Shown here in pieces: positions 10,836 to 23,961 of a DNA stretch of 64,000 nt. Position numbers and translations under genes: made by a program. Numbering within the stretch: the first letter of the stretch is position 1; each line of letters begins with the position of its first letter. The DNA lies in NCBI GenBank assembly GCA_964016885.1, contig OZ024740.1, positions 147,746,001-147,810,000 on the forward strand, given 5' to 3'. The notes beneath the pieces are model-generated. The model searched no databases. It worked only from the letters and a program-made list of their open reading frames with translations, and was not told where the DNA came from. The stretch comes from Eledone cirrhosa. Taxonomy: Eukaryota.

Positions 10836-13192
10836 ATGGTTTCTTTATTGGCCACAAGGGCTAACATGAAGAAAAACATTAGAGATGACACAGAACAGTA
10901 CAGGACGATACAAAGTGGGTTTTGGTTGTAAACAGGTTATAACAATATAGAAATCGGGATAGAAATTCAAAAAAATTCAAACAACAAAAATTCCCCCAGA
11001 AGGGGGAAACTTCCGAGGGTCACTCATGGCGAAAACCACACAAAAGACCACGGCCACCCTGACCACAAGGACAAGCGCCCTCTCTCAGTGTTCCCACTCC
11101 TCAGTCTACAGGCGCATACTCAGAGCGGGCCCGTTCTCTCGGACGAGACTCGTCACTTTTACCCACCTTTCAACAAACTTACTAAAAGGCAGCACTTGCC
11201 TCTCCTCCCTGATTTTCCTCTTCAAGTGAAACTTGAAAAAGTTAATCAGGGATTGGCCGGAGAGGAAAGTGTTCGCCTTCAACCCTTTCAACCTTGTCCA
11301 CCACACAATCTCTTTCGCCATGGCCACCAGGCAGATGAAAACTACCTGCCCTTCTTCCTCTTTAAAGGAGGATGGCGGGGCTATCTGCACAATGGACTCA
11401 GTCGATAACCGGATCCGTCCTACGCGCGACAGCAGCTGTTCGACATAGTTCCACAAGTCAGCAATCCTCGGGCACTGAACGAGTGCGTGCAGGACGGTTT
11501 CGTCGCCCTGAGCGCACCCCGGACAGGCTCGGCTGACAGCACCTCCGTGCCTGTAGAGCTTATCCCGAACCGGCAACGCTCCCCGGTAGCACTGCCAGGC
11601 CAGTGATTTCTAGAAGTTGTCCATAGGCCCCGGTCTGAAAGTTCTCTTGAAGAGAGCGAACAGCGGATCGTCTTCGACGCCCAGGGTCTCCCCGAGAACG
11701 TCGTCGCTCTTTCCCTCCACTAGCCCTCTATAGAAGGCCGAGGTGGATGTTCCACCGATACTACTGCCCAGCTGGTAGAGGGCATTGAGCGCTTGGACAC
11801 ATTCCAGCTTCCAAGCGCTATCCCTCGGTCTTTTCCTGATCCAGGACTGCAGCTCCGTCAAGGAGACGAGCTGGGGAAAAGCGCGTCTGGAAAACGGCGA
11901 CCACACCTGTTCACCATCAAGGAAGCACCAGAGATGTCGCAGCCTCAGCGCATGTTTGCGCATCATCAGCCACGGCATGCCTAGTCTTCCACGCAACGGG
12001 TGTTGACAGCAAATGGATCGTCTGACCATGGGAGCACGTCCCTTCCACAAAAAGCGGAAGAGAAGGCGCTCCATTTTGGTCAGAGTTAGGTGGGCGCAAG
12101 GTACGACGGTACCCGTCTTCAACCCTTTCAGACGTCTCCACCATACGATCTCTTTTACCATGGTTATCAGGCAGATAAAAACTGCCTTCCCTTCCCGGCT
12201 AAAGGAAAGCGGCGGGGCAATCCTCATGATAGACTCAGCTGATAGCCGGATCCGTCCTACACGCGACAGCAGGTGTTCGACACAAACCCACAAGTTAGCA
12301 ATGCTCGGACACTGGACGAGTGCATGCAGGACGGTTTCGTCGCCCTGCGCGCATCTCGGACATGCCCGGCTGACGATACTTCCATGCCTGAAGAGTATAT
12401 TTCAAACTGGCAAAGCACCTCGGTAGCACTGCCAGGCCAGGAATTTCTGGAAGTTGTCCATAGGCCCCGGCCCGAAAGTTCGCCCGAAGAGATTGGCTAG
12501 TTGATTTTCGTCGACGCCAAGAGTCTTCCCAAGGATGACGTCGCTCTTTCCCACCACTAACCCTCTACAGAACACAAAGGTGGAGTTTCCACCGATCGCA
12601 TTGCCCGACTGGTCGAGGGCTGTAAGCGCCTGAAGGCATTCCAGTCTCCAAGCGCTCCCTCTCGGTCGTCGCTTGACCCAGGACTGTAGCTCCATCAAGA
12701 AGACGAGCTGGGGAAACACGCGTCTAGCAAACGGCGACGACACCCGATCACCGTCGATGAAGAGGTGGAGATGCCGTATCCTGAGCGCATGTCTGCGCAT
12801 CATCAGCCACGGCATACCTAGCCCTCCACGTAGCGGGTGTTGACAGCAGATGGACCGCTTGACCATCGGAGGACGTCCCTTCCACGAAAAGCGAAAGAGC
12901 AAACGCTCCAGCGCAGTCATGCGAAGCTTAGGACAAGGCACGACGGTCAGGCGGTAGTAGATGACGGACGCGATGTACGCGTTCGCCACCTCCGCCCGAC
13001 CTTTCAGGGATAGCTTCCTCTCGGCCCGTTTCTGGGTGAGAGAGGCCACCCTGCTCGTCACCTCGTTCCAGTTTTTGTCCGTCTGGAGATCCGGACCGAA
13101 CCAGACCCTTAGCAATTTAACCGTTCCGTCTGTGAATCGCCTGACGATGCTGTTGGACGACATGGACCAGCCTCTCCAGGTGCCGAGATGCA
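10836..13192 (-). mobile_element. Tandem L1/Tx1-like LINE 3' fragments
   Basis: LSLKGRAEVANAYIAS, GGLGMP, zf-RVT-like CPGC..ETVLHALVQC; the ORF2 C-terminal region occurs twice in tandem (junction near 12115). Confidence 0.9.
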
Positions 13193-13548
13193 GGACAACA
13201 CAGGACAATACAGGACGGTACAAATGGGCATTTCTGCGTGTAAAACAAAACAAAAACAGAGGATGTAACAAAAAAAGAAGAAACAATGAAAAATTCCCCA
13301 ATAGGGGGGAGACTTCCGAGGGTCTCTCATGGAGAAAGACCACGAAAAAGCCACGGTTACCCTGACCGCTAGGGCAAGTACTCTCTTCCAGTTTTCCTCC
13401 AACGATGCTACAGCAGGGTATACACTCAGGGTAGGCCTATAAACACGAGCCATTCTTGCCTCTTCACCCACCTTTCAACAAACTGGCTGGAAAGCAGCAC
13501 TTCCCTCTCCACCCTGATCTTCCTTTTCAGGTGAAACCTGAAAAAGTT
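13193..13548 (-). mobile_element. L1/Tx1-like LINE extreme 3' end
   Basis: 3' UTR homologous to 10890..11240 (ttccccc..ggggg aaacttccgagggtc hairpin region). Confidence 0.75.
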
Positions 13549-13870
13549 AGGATGCAACCCATTATGCCGTGTATGTAAAAAACAACCAGCGACCATTGAT
13601 CATATAATTTCAATGTGCACTCCTATTGCTCCAACCGAATACCTAAACAGGCATGACAGAGCTGCAAAATACATATTTGGATAATGTGTAAGCATTTTGA
13701 CCTGTCCCATCAAAAGAATTAGTGGGAGCATCAACCACCTCCCGTACTTGAACTTTAGCATCCAAACAGACCGAAACATGGATGCAAATAGACCTGAGAT
13801 AATACTGAAGGTCTTTAAAAAGAGGGTATGCTTGCTAATTGATATGTCCGTTCCTATAGACAAAAATGTA
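13549..13870 (+). mobile_element. R4/Dong-like non-LTR retrotransposon fragment (zinc knuckle + RLE)
   Basis: Translates as CRVCKKQPATIDHIISMC..EYLNRHD and IQTDRNMDANRPEII..CLLIDMSVP. Confidence 0.65.
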
Positions 13871-14654
13871 TAAAAATGTAACCACCTTCTTCCTGTGAAG
13901 TAGGTTACTTGAAATTACTTGTTTGTTATTGCAACCCCATCTCCCTAAAGTTCAATAACCATAAGAACTTTCTTTTGGATCGAGCTGATTTGGCTAATTA
14001 TTTATTCATGGTATAGATATAAATCTACTCTGTTCTCGATATTGCGAAATGCTCTACCCCATCGTATCTCTCTGTTACATATAGTGGAAATATATACAAC
14101 CAAACTATCTTGCTGGCTATACTTAAACCTAAATATAAGCACTTTCTAGAGTGTAATTCAAGGTTTCCTAGATGTCTTTACTTGATAACACATTGCTTTT
14201 TGACTTAATGATTCAAATGTTGCCTCCTAGTCATCCCCCTAGGCTTTCATCCCAGCAAAATTTATCTCTTCTAATTACCTTAGCATATGCCATGCAGAGC
14301 CCACAGCCGATTTCTTCCAGAGAAATGGAGAGGTGGTGGTGGGGAGTCGACCACACTATTCGACGGGATTTGGATTCAGAAAGTAGAAAGTCGTAACTAA
14401 ATACCGCAAATCATTCTATTCAACGTTCTAAGGATTTACCAATTCGCCGCTTGAACATTTACCATGGTCATAACACATACTTCCTGGTCTATGTTCACGT
14501 AATAGCTCTATGTTTGAGAAAGGATAATGAGGTGATTTACTGTACTATTGCCTAGTACAGTAAATCACCTCTAGAAATAAGAGCTTTTAAGCAGGTAACC
14601 TTGTATTTGTTTATCGACTACTGATCCCATTACTTTGGTGATTAATACTAGTAT

Positions 14655-15030
14655 CTAAGAAGGCCAGGAAATTTAAGGGAAGGGACAAATCGATGAAATA
14701 GACCCCAGTACTAGACCGGTACCTTATTTTATCATGCAAACGTGACCTCGGTGAGATTTGAATTCAGGATGTAAAGAACTGGAACAAATGTTGTAAAGCA
14801 TTTGTCTGCCCATCCGCCACCGTCATATCCTCCCTTTTCTGGTTAATGATAATTTATAATTTAGGCACAAGGCCAACAATTTGTGAAGAAGAGAACGTCG
14901 ATTATATCGAACCCAGTGAATGACTAGTACTTTATGTTATCGAACACAGAAGGGAGACATGCAAAGTTGACCTCAGCAGGATTTGAACTCAGAACATAAA
15001 GGTATGTTCTAAATACCGCAAAGACATTTA
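14655..15030 (-). mobile_element. Two diverged SINE copies
   Basis: ggcacaaggcc..gatttgaactcag consensus present twice. Confidence 0.7.
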
Positions 15031-15349
15031 ACCTGTTCATTGTCAGATAAAACAAAATAATAAACGCTTCTGTCAGGTTTTCTTGTAAATGTTGTCCAAA
15101 ACACAAGGGTAGTGGATTAGATAAAGTTGTCTTGGATACACATTGCCAGAAAAAAACAATGGATTGGTCACGGCTTGAACTGCCTTGATTTCTTTAACCA
15201 GGCTGGCATGGAGCTATGGTGAAACAACAGCATCAATATACTACTAAAATTCTTATATGTCTGTGTGTTGCCTGATTATAGCCAAGATAGTACTTTTAAA
15301 ATGTTTTCATTTCTGTACTCTAAATATATTATCTCTCTCTCTCTCTCTC

Positions 15350-15930
15350 TCTCTCTCTAAGAAATGAATATAAAATAAGGTGTATTAGTCTCGCTGCTCT
15401 CACCTTTTGTAAAACACAGTAACATATTCTCCTCTAATCTCACCTTCCTCATAAAGTGGCATTTGAAGAAGTTGAGAGCGTGGTCAAAGAATAACACCTT
15501 GAAAATTATCAATCTTTTTCACCGCATCCCACTCACAACCTACTTCATCACAGCCACCAAGCAAATAATAACTGCCCGTCAAGCCTTAGCGAAGCAAGTT
15601 GGCTTGTCGGTTTTTACTATAGACTCAAATGATATCCGGATCTATCCTACACGTAATAACGGCTCTTTGACATAAGCCCACAAGTCAGTAACACGGACAC
15701 TGAACGAATGTCAGCTGAACAGTTTCATTACCCTGTCCGCATCTTGCGCAAGTTCACCTGTGGTCATTTCCGTGTCTATAGAGTATTTTGTGAAAAAGGG
15801 AAAACTTACCTGTTGCACTGCCAAGCCAAGGACATTTGGAAGTTGCCCTTTATCTCCAGATGAGATTGCTCAGACTGTCCTTGTTGACACCTAGAATCAT
15901 TCCCGCTCACACACTCCATTAACCCTTTAC
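15350..15930 (-). mobile_element. Highly decayed Tx1-like 3' fragment
   Basis: Nucleotide similarity to 11150..11700. Confidence 0.6.
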
Positions 15931-15934
15931 AAAA

Positions 15935-16560
15935 TGCAAAAGTCTGGGAATTGGCTCCCCAACACAGAGATTGAAGCACTACTGATGAGAGCTGAAGACC
16001 AAGCTTTGATTACTAAGTTGGTGCCTAATGGTATTTATCCTCTTGGTGAAAGTGTAAAGTGCCGTCTATGTAGAATTAATCCAGAAAGTGTCAGCCACAT
16101 AGTAAGCGCCTGTAAATGCTAGCTTGAAAGGAGTCTAAAAAAAGACATAACACTGCCTGTATTTACCTTCACTTTGGGACTTTTCTATTTAAACAGACCG
16201 TAAAACTGAACACACCATACTATATTGCGCTGAAATAGGTGTGAATCCTATTATCCCAGAAGACCGAAATATAGTCTCAAAAGAAACAGAAAAATAACGG
16301 AATATATTGATTTTAAAATCAAAATAGCAGGAATTTGGTCAATACCACCTAACAACATAATAATCCCAGCTGTTATAACTGTTGTTTTCGATGCCACTAA
16401 ACACTGAAAGAATATCTTGAAACACCAATTGCTCTCCTGCAAAAGACTAACTTGCTGGACGCTGCAAACATACTCAGAAATGTGCTGTCTGTCTAAAGTC
16501 CTTGTTGAGACTCGACAGATTGTAGTAGAAAATTACGTAATCATCATGTTTATCATGTGA
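15935..16560 (+). mobile_element. R4/Dong-like LINE 3' fragment
   Basis: EALLMRAEDQAL..CRLCRINPESVSHIVSAC and a decayed LQK..LL..ANILR C-terminus. Confidence 0.6.
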
Positions 16561-16574
16561 AACATCAACAGCAA

Positions 16575-17100
16575 CAGAAATTTCTTTATTTTTTTCACAA
16601 TATTAAACTAGAAATTACTAAAAACCAGTGTGGGTGTTTTTCAACAAGAGTAATACGAATGGAAAACAACAATAAAAACACGCAATGAAATATAATTATC
16701 CGAAGGGAGGAACAACCATCTTCTGTCATTCAAAGAATTCCCACAGAACCCGGGTTACACACACTATCAAGGACAACTGACCCCTCTTGGCTATGGTTTC
16801 TAGCTTACAGTCGCATGCTGAAAGCATATTCATACTCTCCACTCTCTCACCTACCTTTCACTAAATTTACACGGAGGACAGCATTTCTATTTCCATTACA
16901 CAACTTTCACCCCGAGGAACACTTGAAAAGGAAGATGATGGCCTGACCGAAGACGAAATGACTTGTATTCAGTCTTCACAATATCTTTTTGCCACAACCT
17001 CCACGCAAAGGAGACCTGCCTATCCTTCTCTGTCAAAGGTGGCAGAGCGATCTTCATAGTGGACATGTTTGGGAGTCGGACATGCCGTACGCGTGATATT
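16575..17100 (-). mobile_element. Decayed Tx1-like 3' end
   Basis: Similarity to 10840..11430. Confidence 0.55.
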
Positions 17101-17217
17101 ATTATTTTTCAAAATGTATATTGTTGTTGTATTGCATTTTAAGTATTACTTTGACTAGTATGTGCAGAACTTTACTATTGTTATTTTAAACCAGGAAACT
17201 CAAATTAAAATGACTAA

Positions 17218-17530
17218 TAATTGTTTCTACTATTGGCACAAGGCCAGCAATTACCCAGTACATTACTGGTACTTTATTTTATCGACCCCGTAAGGATGAA
17301 AGGCAAAGTTAACCTCGGCGGGGTTAATAATGATTTCTAATTTTTGACAGCAGGCCATCAATTTTGGGGAAAGGAAATATTGACCCTAGTACTTGACTAG
17401 TAATTTATCTTATCAAACCTGGAATGTTGAAAGGCAAGTTGACCTCGGCGGGATTTGAAATCATAATGTAGAGTCGTAATGAAATACTTCAATGCATTTC
17501 ACGTGCTTGCGATTCTGCCAATCCACCGCC
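17218..17530 (-). mobile_element. Two SINE copies (one 5'-truncated)
   Basis: Family consensus. Confidence 0.75.
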
Positions 17531-18607
17531 CTATATTGAAAGCTGTTCCAGCAATGACTGTCGCATGGTGTATCTAGGGGCTCCGTTATTTAATATGTTG
17601 GTAGTTTTCACTGCTGGCCTAGTCCACAATTAACTTTTTCTATATATATCCAGTGTTAGTAAAAACGACTTTAAAACGACTTTCATGTCATTTACACTAC
17701 CAACATCTTTACTAAAACCTAAAGCTTTGTAAGGTCACAAGACCCAGAAGCTCTCCATCAATTGATATGAATGTTCGGAGAAATACTATTTACGTAGTAA
17801 TGTCAATACTGCTATCAATGATAATTGCTGTAACCACCGCCACCGCCGCCACCACCACCACCACCACCACCACCACCACCATCATTATCATCATCATCAT
17901 CGTCGTCGATATCTTCGTCGTCGTGACCACCTCTACCGCCGCCACCATCATCGTCGTCATCAGAGCAACATCATTATCATTGTCAAGTCATAATCATCCT
18001 TACGGTGCATTCATAATACTCTTTATAGCAGCTGTTCTTTATCTATTGTTTCGACACGCTTTGCATCTATGAATGCATGTTGCTGATATTGTATTTGCGT
18101 GTATGTGTGTGTCTATAAGAGAGAGAGGGAGAGTGAGAGGGGGGGGGAGTGTGAGAGAGAGGGAGAGAGGGCGAGAGTGTGAGAGAGCGTATGTATGTAT
18201 GTATGTATGTATGTATGTATGTATGTATGTATGTGTGTATGTATGTGTGTATGTATGTATGTATGTATGTGTGTATGTATGTGTGTATGTATGTATGTAT
18301 GTATGTTATTGCGTTAAAATATTTTTCTTTGAGTGTTTCAAATTCCTATGTATGCGTGTTCGTGTGTTAATGAACGTATTTGTCAGTGTCTCTGTATGTG
18401 AATGTGTGTCTTTGTGTGTGTCTATGTTTGTATTTTGAGGGGGATTATATTTTAATGTGATGCTAAGGAAGAGTTTGTTACTAAGAACATGTGCACTTAC
18501 ATAGATTACTATCATTCTATATTTTATCTATTGAGGATTTACTGTGCTGGAGGCACACACTTCACTTCGTATTTTTATACAACCTACATCTTTCTATATG
18601 TTTAAAT

Positions 18608-18651
<44 letters not shown>

Positions 18652-18788
18652 TATATATATATATATACAGGTAGTGTAACACGGAATTACTGTAGGTTCA
18701 CCCGGGTGATGTTTAGGTTCACGTCGGTATCGAGGGGTAGAGCTAGATAGAGTGTAGTATAATAAAATAAAACAAAGACGAATGGTTA

Positions 18789-19368
18789 TTTAGGAGATTA
18801 GTATCAGTGTACATATATATATTATCAAGAATGACAATAAATGCCGGTGTGTGTTGTGACAAGGTTTTTACTTCACAGAAGTCAAATAAATTAATATAAA
18901 TAATTTGTTACCCGTTGGTAACAACTCCCAGGCTGGAGTGTGTAGAGAAGAACAGAAATCTTCTCTTGGAGGTGTTAGTATTTCTTTAGGCTGCCGGTAT
19001 TCTTCTTCTTGCTGGCGAAGGAAGTGAGACAGGAGTCATTCTTCTTCTTGCTGGCGAAGGAAGTGAAACAGGAGTCATTCTTCTTCTTGCTGGCAAAGGA
19101 AGTGATACAGGAGTCATCTCTTGACGAGGTCTCAGGTGTTGTTGCTGTCACTTCGGAGTTCAGGATACGAGTGAGACTGATGGCTTGCCAGCCCTCATAT
19201 TTATAGTCCCCAGGGGGACGCAACGCCATTTAGTACCTGAATCTGCCAATGGGGGTCGCGCCTGTCGCAAATGGACGTAACTCCTATACGTGCTGAGTTA
19301 CGACCGTCGTAAAGGGACGCAACTCCCATACGTGCTGAGTCACAACCGTAAGGGGTCACTACGCTACA
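18789..19368 (-). repeat. 3' LTR (580 bp, three copies of a 39-bp unit)
   Basis: Direct repeat of 23962..24463 plus two extra ttcttcttcttgctggcgaaggaagtgagacaggagtca units. Confidence 0.9.
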
Positions 19369-19549
19369 GTAGACTACTCCAGACGCTAGGCGAAAAGCCC
19401 GAAGGTAACTGTAGCGAACCCACAAGCATGGGCTCCCAGCACAGGCATGAAATGGTAACGAGAAGGTACAATCATGAAATGGTAACGAAAGGTACATGGT
19501 AATACAATAAAGAAAAACAAAACAAAAAAATTAGGCTCCAGTGGCCAGT

Positions 19550-22500
19550 TCACATGGAAACAGTTTGGCAGAGTTTTTTGGGCCAGTGAACTCTTCGACC
19601 GGAACGGGTCGTGGTCTTGTATGTAGGTGAAGGTGGTGCAGAAGGAGCAGGTGTATGCACAAGAGAGAAAGGTTGGGGTATTTGTGGCTCGGGTGTATGA
19701 GCGTCATTGTATACCCTTTTTAGTCTATCCACCGAAATTATCTCTCTGGACCCCTTAATGTCTACAGTGAAATGTTTGTCAGTACGTGCTAACACACGGT
19801 AGGGTCCAGAGTACGGTTGTGTGAGGGGTGGTCTCACAGCATCGTTTCTTACGAACACATGGGTCCACGAGGCAATATCCCTCGGGACTGCAGGTTTTAC
19901 AGTTTGTTTCCTCGTATCCATCGGCGGCAGGTCCTTAAAATAAGAACGCAGACGGGATACGTAGGAAAGCGGATCTTGGAAAGCAAGATCAACAGGGGCA
20001 AGTATTTGCCCAGGAAACGCTAGAGGAGCACCATAAAGTAATTCGGCCGGGGAGAACTCCAGGTCCTCCTTTATTGATAACCGAATTCCTAACAACACAA
20101 TAGGAAGGTACTGGCTCCAACATTGAGAGTCTGGATAGGCGCGAAGAGCGGCCTTTAATTGGCGGTGGAATCGTTCCACCATTCCGTTTGAAGCAGGAAG
20201 ATAGGCTGTGGTCCGAACCCGTTGAGCGCCAATGATCTTTGTGAGCTCAGAGAAAAGATGGGACTCGAATTGTCTACCACGGTCAGTGGTGACTGTAGTT
20301 GGTACTCCAAAGCGAGTAATCCACCCTGATACCAGGGCACGTGCTACAGTCTCAGCAGTTATATCTTGTAAGGGGGTGGCTTCAGGCCATCGCGAAAAAC
20401 GATCGACACAAGTCAAGAGGTACGAATATCCACTGCTGAATGGCCAAGGTCCAACGAGGTCAATGTGTATGTGCTGAAATCGAGCATCAGGAGTACTGAA
20501 AGTACCAAGCGGAGTCCGGATATGTTTATGGATTTTCGATTTCTGGCAAGCGATGCAGGAACGGCACCAAGCAGCAATATCGCGCCTTATATTTGGCCAG
20601 AAGAATCTGGCTGTTATGAGCTTTACTGTGGCAGCAGATCCTGGGTGATAAATGTTGTGCAAAACAAGGAACACAATTCGACCGTGAGTCTCAGAAACAA
20701 GTGGTCGTGGTGAATCCGTAGATACATCACATAGAATCTGCCTGTCGGTGGTCGACAAGGGCAGATATTTGAAGATGCAAGTCGCAAATTCGGCAGAAAG
20801 AGTGTCCAACGATTGGAGTGCAGGTTGGTCTGCAGCTAAACGACCTAAGTCGATCTTCTGGGATGACGAGATGGAGCTGATTGGCAAACGTGACAATGCA
20901 TCTGCAGCTATGTTATGCGAGCCAGCAATGTGCTGGATATCGTTTGTAAATTGTGAAACGTAGTCCAAGTGCCTTGTCTCTCTGGGCGAATATCTGTCGG
21001 CTTTAGCCCTCAAAGCGAAGGTCAAAGGTTTGTGGTCGGTTAAAACTGTAAAATTTCTCCCCTCAAGAATATGAGAGAAATGTTTCACCGACAGATATAT
21101 GGCTAATAATTCCCGCCCAAACGTGCTGTAACGCGTTTCTGCTGGTTTCAGCTTCCTCGAGAAAAATGCCAAAGGTTGTTGGTTTCCAGCGTTGAACTGC
21201 TGTAAAACTGCTCCCACAGCGGTATCAGATGCATCAACACAAAGCGAAAGCTTGGCTTCTGGTACTGGGTGGGCTAGCAAAGATGAACTAGCGAGTGCTG
21301 TCTTGGTAGTCTGGAAGTCTTGAAGCTGTCCTCGTGTCAAGGAAATATCCTCATTCTTACGACGATTTTTCAAAATGTCAGTAAGGGAAGATAGCAAATT
21401 AGCACAATGAGGAACGAAACGCCTATGGAAATTGATTAGGCCTAAGAAGTGACGCAACTGGTGAAGTGTAGTAGGCGGAGGTAAATCCTGTATGGCTTGA
21501 ACTCGCTGAGGGAGCGGCCTAATACCTTCGGCGTTGATGAGGTGGCCTAAAAAATTTAGCGAAGTGGAACCGAAAACACACTTTGCTGGATTCACACGAA
21601 CGCGGTAATCCTGGAGTTGCCGAAATAAGAGATGCATGTGGCGCATATGCTCTTCCGGAGAGGAACTAGCGACGAGAATATCGCCTATGTTAGCATAAAC
21701 GAAGTCCAGACCACGAGTGACTTCGTCTATGAACCGCTGAAAAGTGCTAGCGGCGTTCCTGAGTCCGAAAGGCATGGTAAAAAATTCGAAGGATCCGAAA
21801 GGAGTTGTAATCGCCGTTTTCGGAATATCCTCCTTCCTGACCGGAATTTGGTAGTAGGCTCGCACTGAATCTAGTTTTGAAAAAAATCTTACACCCCTGC
21901 AGTGAAGATGCAAAATCCTGGAGATGGGGAATGGGATACCTATCCGGGACGGTCATGGCATTTAACCTTCTATAATCCCCAGTGGGTCTCGAGTCGCCGG
22001 AAGTCTTGGGCACCATGTGTAACGGTGAAGCCCAAGGACTCTTAGATGGGCGAATAATGCCCAGCTGCAGCATATGGTGGAACTCGGACCGCGCTGCCTT
22101 TAATTTGTCCGCCGGTAAGCAGCGTGGACGCGAAAACACTGGAGCACCGGTAGTGGAAACGAAATGTTCAGTCGAGTGTGTTGGCTCAGTGACTCGAAAA
22201 TTTCCATCGGTGAGCTCCGGGAAAGAACTTAGCAACGAATGGTAGGCGTCTCCAGCGGCAGCGATGAAGAATATGGGGCTGACTGTTGGAGCATTGACTT
22301 TCCGGCCATGAAAAACCGGTGATGTTATCCACCAGGCGTTGGCCACGGACGTCCACAGTCAAAGAGATGTTGTGGAGGAAATACGCTCCTAAGATAGGGT
22401 ATGGCAAATCGGCAACCGTAAAAATACACTTAAAATCCCTATGAAGATTTAGGAATTTGAGAGGAAGCGAGATTTGCCCGTACGTCTTTATAGACGAGTG

Positions 22501-22671
22501 ATTAACTGCCTGCAGAGTAACGGATGACTCTACGGGGGTATCTTTCAGGCAATGGACCGGCCAAATATTACAGGACGCTCCTGTATCCACGAGGAAACCT
22601 CTTCCCGACATAAGGTCCTTAATGAAGAAATAGCGGTTTGGTGGCTTTATGTTGAGGTCAACTGTCCCCAT
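19550..22671 (-). pseudogene. pol: Gypsy pol (protease-RT-RNaseH-integrase) with frameshifts
   Basis: FLVDTGAS protease; [24 protein letters not shown]; the RT YxDD motif is degraded to NIGD; DASD RNase H; HHCC and DDE integrase. Split over three frames. Confidence 0.9.
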
Positions 22672-23476
22672 CAGCGGACCTCTGAGGCGTTTCCCGCCTT
22701 ATGAAACGAGCAAGGTTGCACGCAGTGGTTCGCGCTCTCGGCAAATCGCTCGTGGTACCAACATAAAGATGAAGCTGGTGACTTGAAACGACCTCTAAAA
22801 CTTTGCAATCTCCCGCGACTGCGGGGGCGCGAACGGGCACCACACAAGCCTTCATCTTATGGAGCTCTAGGGTGAGTTCCTGAATGGACTTTTGCATCGC
22901 CATAATGATTGAGCTGTCTATAGGCGCTGCCGCGTAGATGGCATGGCCAGGTGTGGCCCGAGCTGGGTGGTGAACAGCGGCAAGGGGTTCGCTGCCTCCA
23001 GCACCCGTCACTTCGAAAACTTTGTCCGCAGAGGCGGCAAGCTGATCCACCGTGCAAGTATCTCTAATGGGGGCCAAAATTGCCTGTACGTTGGTCGGTA
23101 GGCGCGAGAAGAACAACTGCTTCAGCATGGCAGTTTCCGTTACCGACCCCTCCGTTAGGTCCTTCATTCGCCTTAGGAGGTTCGATGGGGTGCCATCACC
23201 TATATGCTCCAGATAGACCAGAGCCCTAAATCTTTTTTCTGCAGACCGTGTAGTGCGGCTGAGTATTTCAGCCTTCAGAGACTTGTACGTCGCGTCTGTG
23301 GGTGTCTCTAACACCAGGTCCTTAATCGCCGGGAGAAGTGCCGGCGGAATTGCACTAAGGACCAGAGGACGTTGTTGTGCCTCGTCAACTCTGTTCGCCT
23401 CGAAAAATGCTTCGAGTTGGGCGAACCATAGCCTTACGTCGCCCGTGAACGTTGGTAGAACAGAATGAGAAGCCAT
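22658..23476 (-). CDS. gag: Gypsy gag (frameshifted near the C-terminus)
   Basis: LPTFTGDVRLWFAQLEAFF; an alternative frame at about 22700-22770 gives CWYHERFAESANHCVQPC (CHCC motif). Confidence 0.85.
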   Translation of the reverse strand: MASHSVLPTFTGDVRLWFAQLEAFFEANRVDEAQQRPLVLSAIPPALLPAIKDLVLETPTDATYKSLKAEILSRTTRSAEKRFRALVYLEHIGDGTPSNLLRRMKDLTEGSVTETAMLKQLFFSRLPTNVQAILAPIRDTCTVDQLAASADKVFEVTGAGGSEPLAAVHHPARATPGHAIYAAAPIDSSIIMAMQKSIQELTLELHKMKACVVPVRAPAVAGDCKVLEVVSSHQLHLYVGTTSDLPRARTTACNLARFIRRETPQRSADGDS

Positions 23477-23946
23477 TGGTATACCGTAGGTAATTTGCCA
23501 AAATCAAAAAGAAATCGTCTCCGTTTGGAAAAATGTCTCCAACACAACAGAAAAGGAAAACAAAATCGCTTATTTTCCTCTGTCAAACAACTGGACAAGA
23601 AAAATAATGCATCCGGGACAATATGCGAAGGAGCGACTAACCGAGTGATGTCATTAATAAGGTATATGCAGGGAACTTAAAACTAAATCCAACATGGCGG
23701 ACTATTTCGCGCCCAAAACACTAATGATGGAGAAGAAAGCCGCCATCTTGTCATCCTCAACATTTTTAGCCAGAGAAGAGAAGAAAAGAAGAAAAGGAGA
23801 AAAAAAGGCAAAAACATTCATACAATTGCTGTTTGTTTGTGTGTAAATAACTTTAGGTGTTCGTTTTGTATTAAATGTTTTTTTTTTCTCTTTCTTATAT
23901 TTTATATACACCTCATACCATTTCCCATTTAAAAGAACAACAAAAA

Positions 23947-23960
23947 ACGTCAGGTCACCA
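23947..23960 (-). promoter_or_regulatory. Primer-binding site (tRNA-Trp-like)
   Basis: TGGTGACCTGACGT one base after the 5' LTR; resembles the complement of the tRNA-Trp 3' end used by CsRn1-clade elements. Confidence 0.75.
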
Positions 23961-23961
23961 A

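Noticed and set aside
19000-19120. 39-bp repeats as a CRISPR-like array
   Set aside because: Contiguous tandem units without spacers inside an LTR, in eukaryotic DNA.
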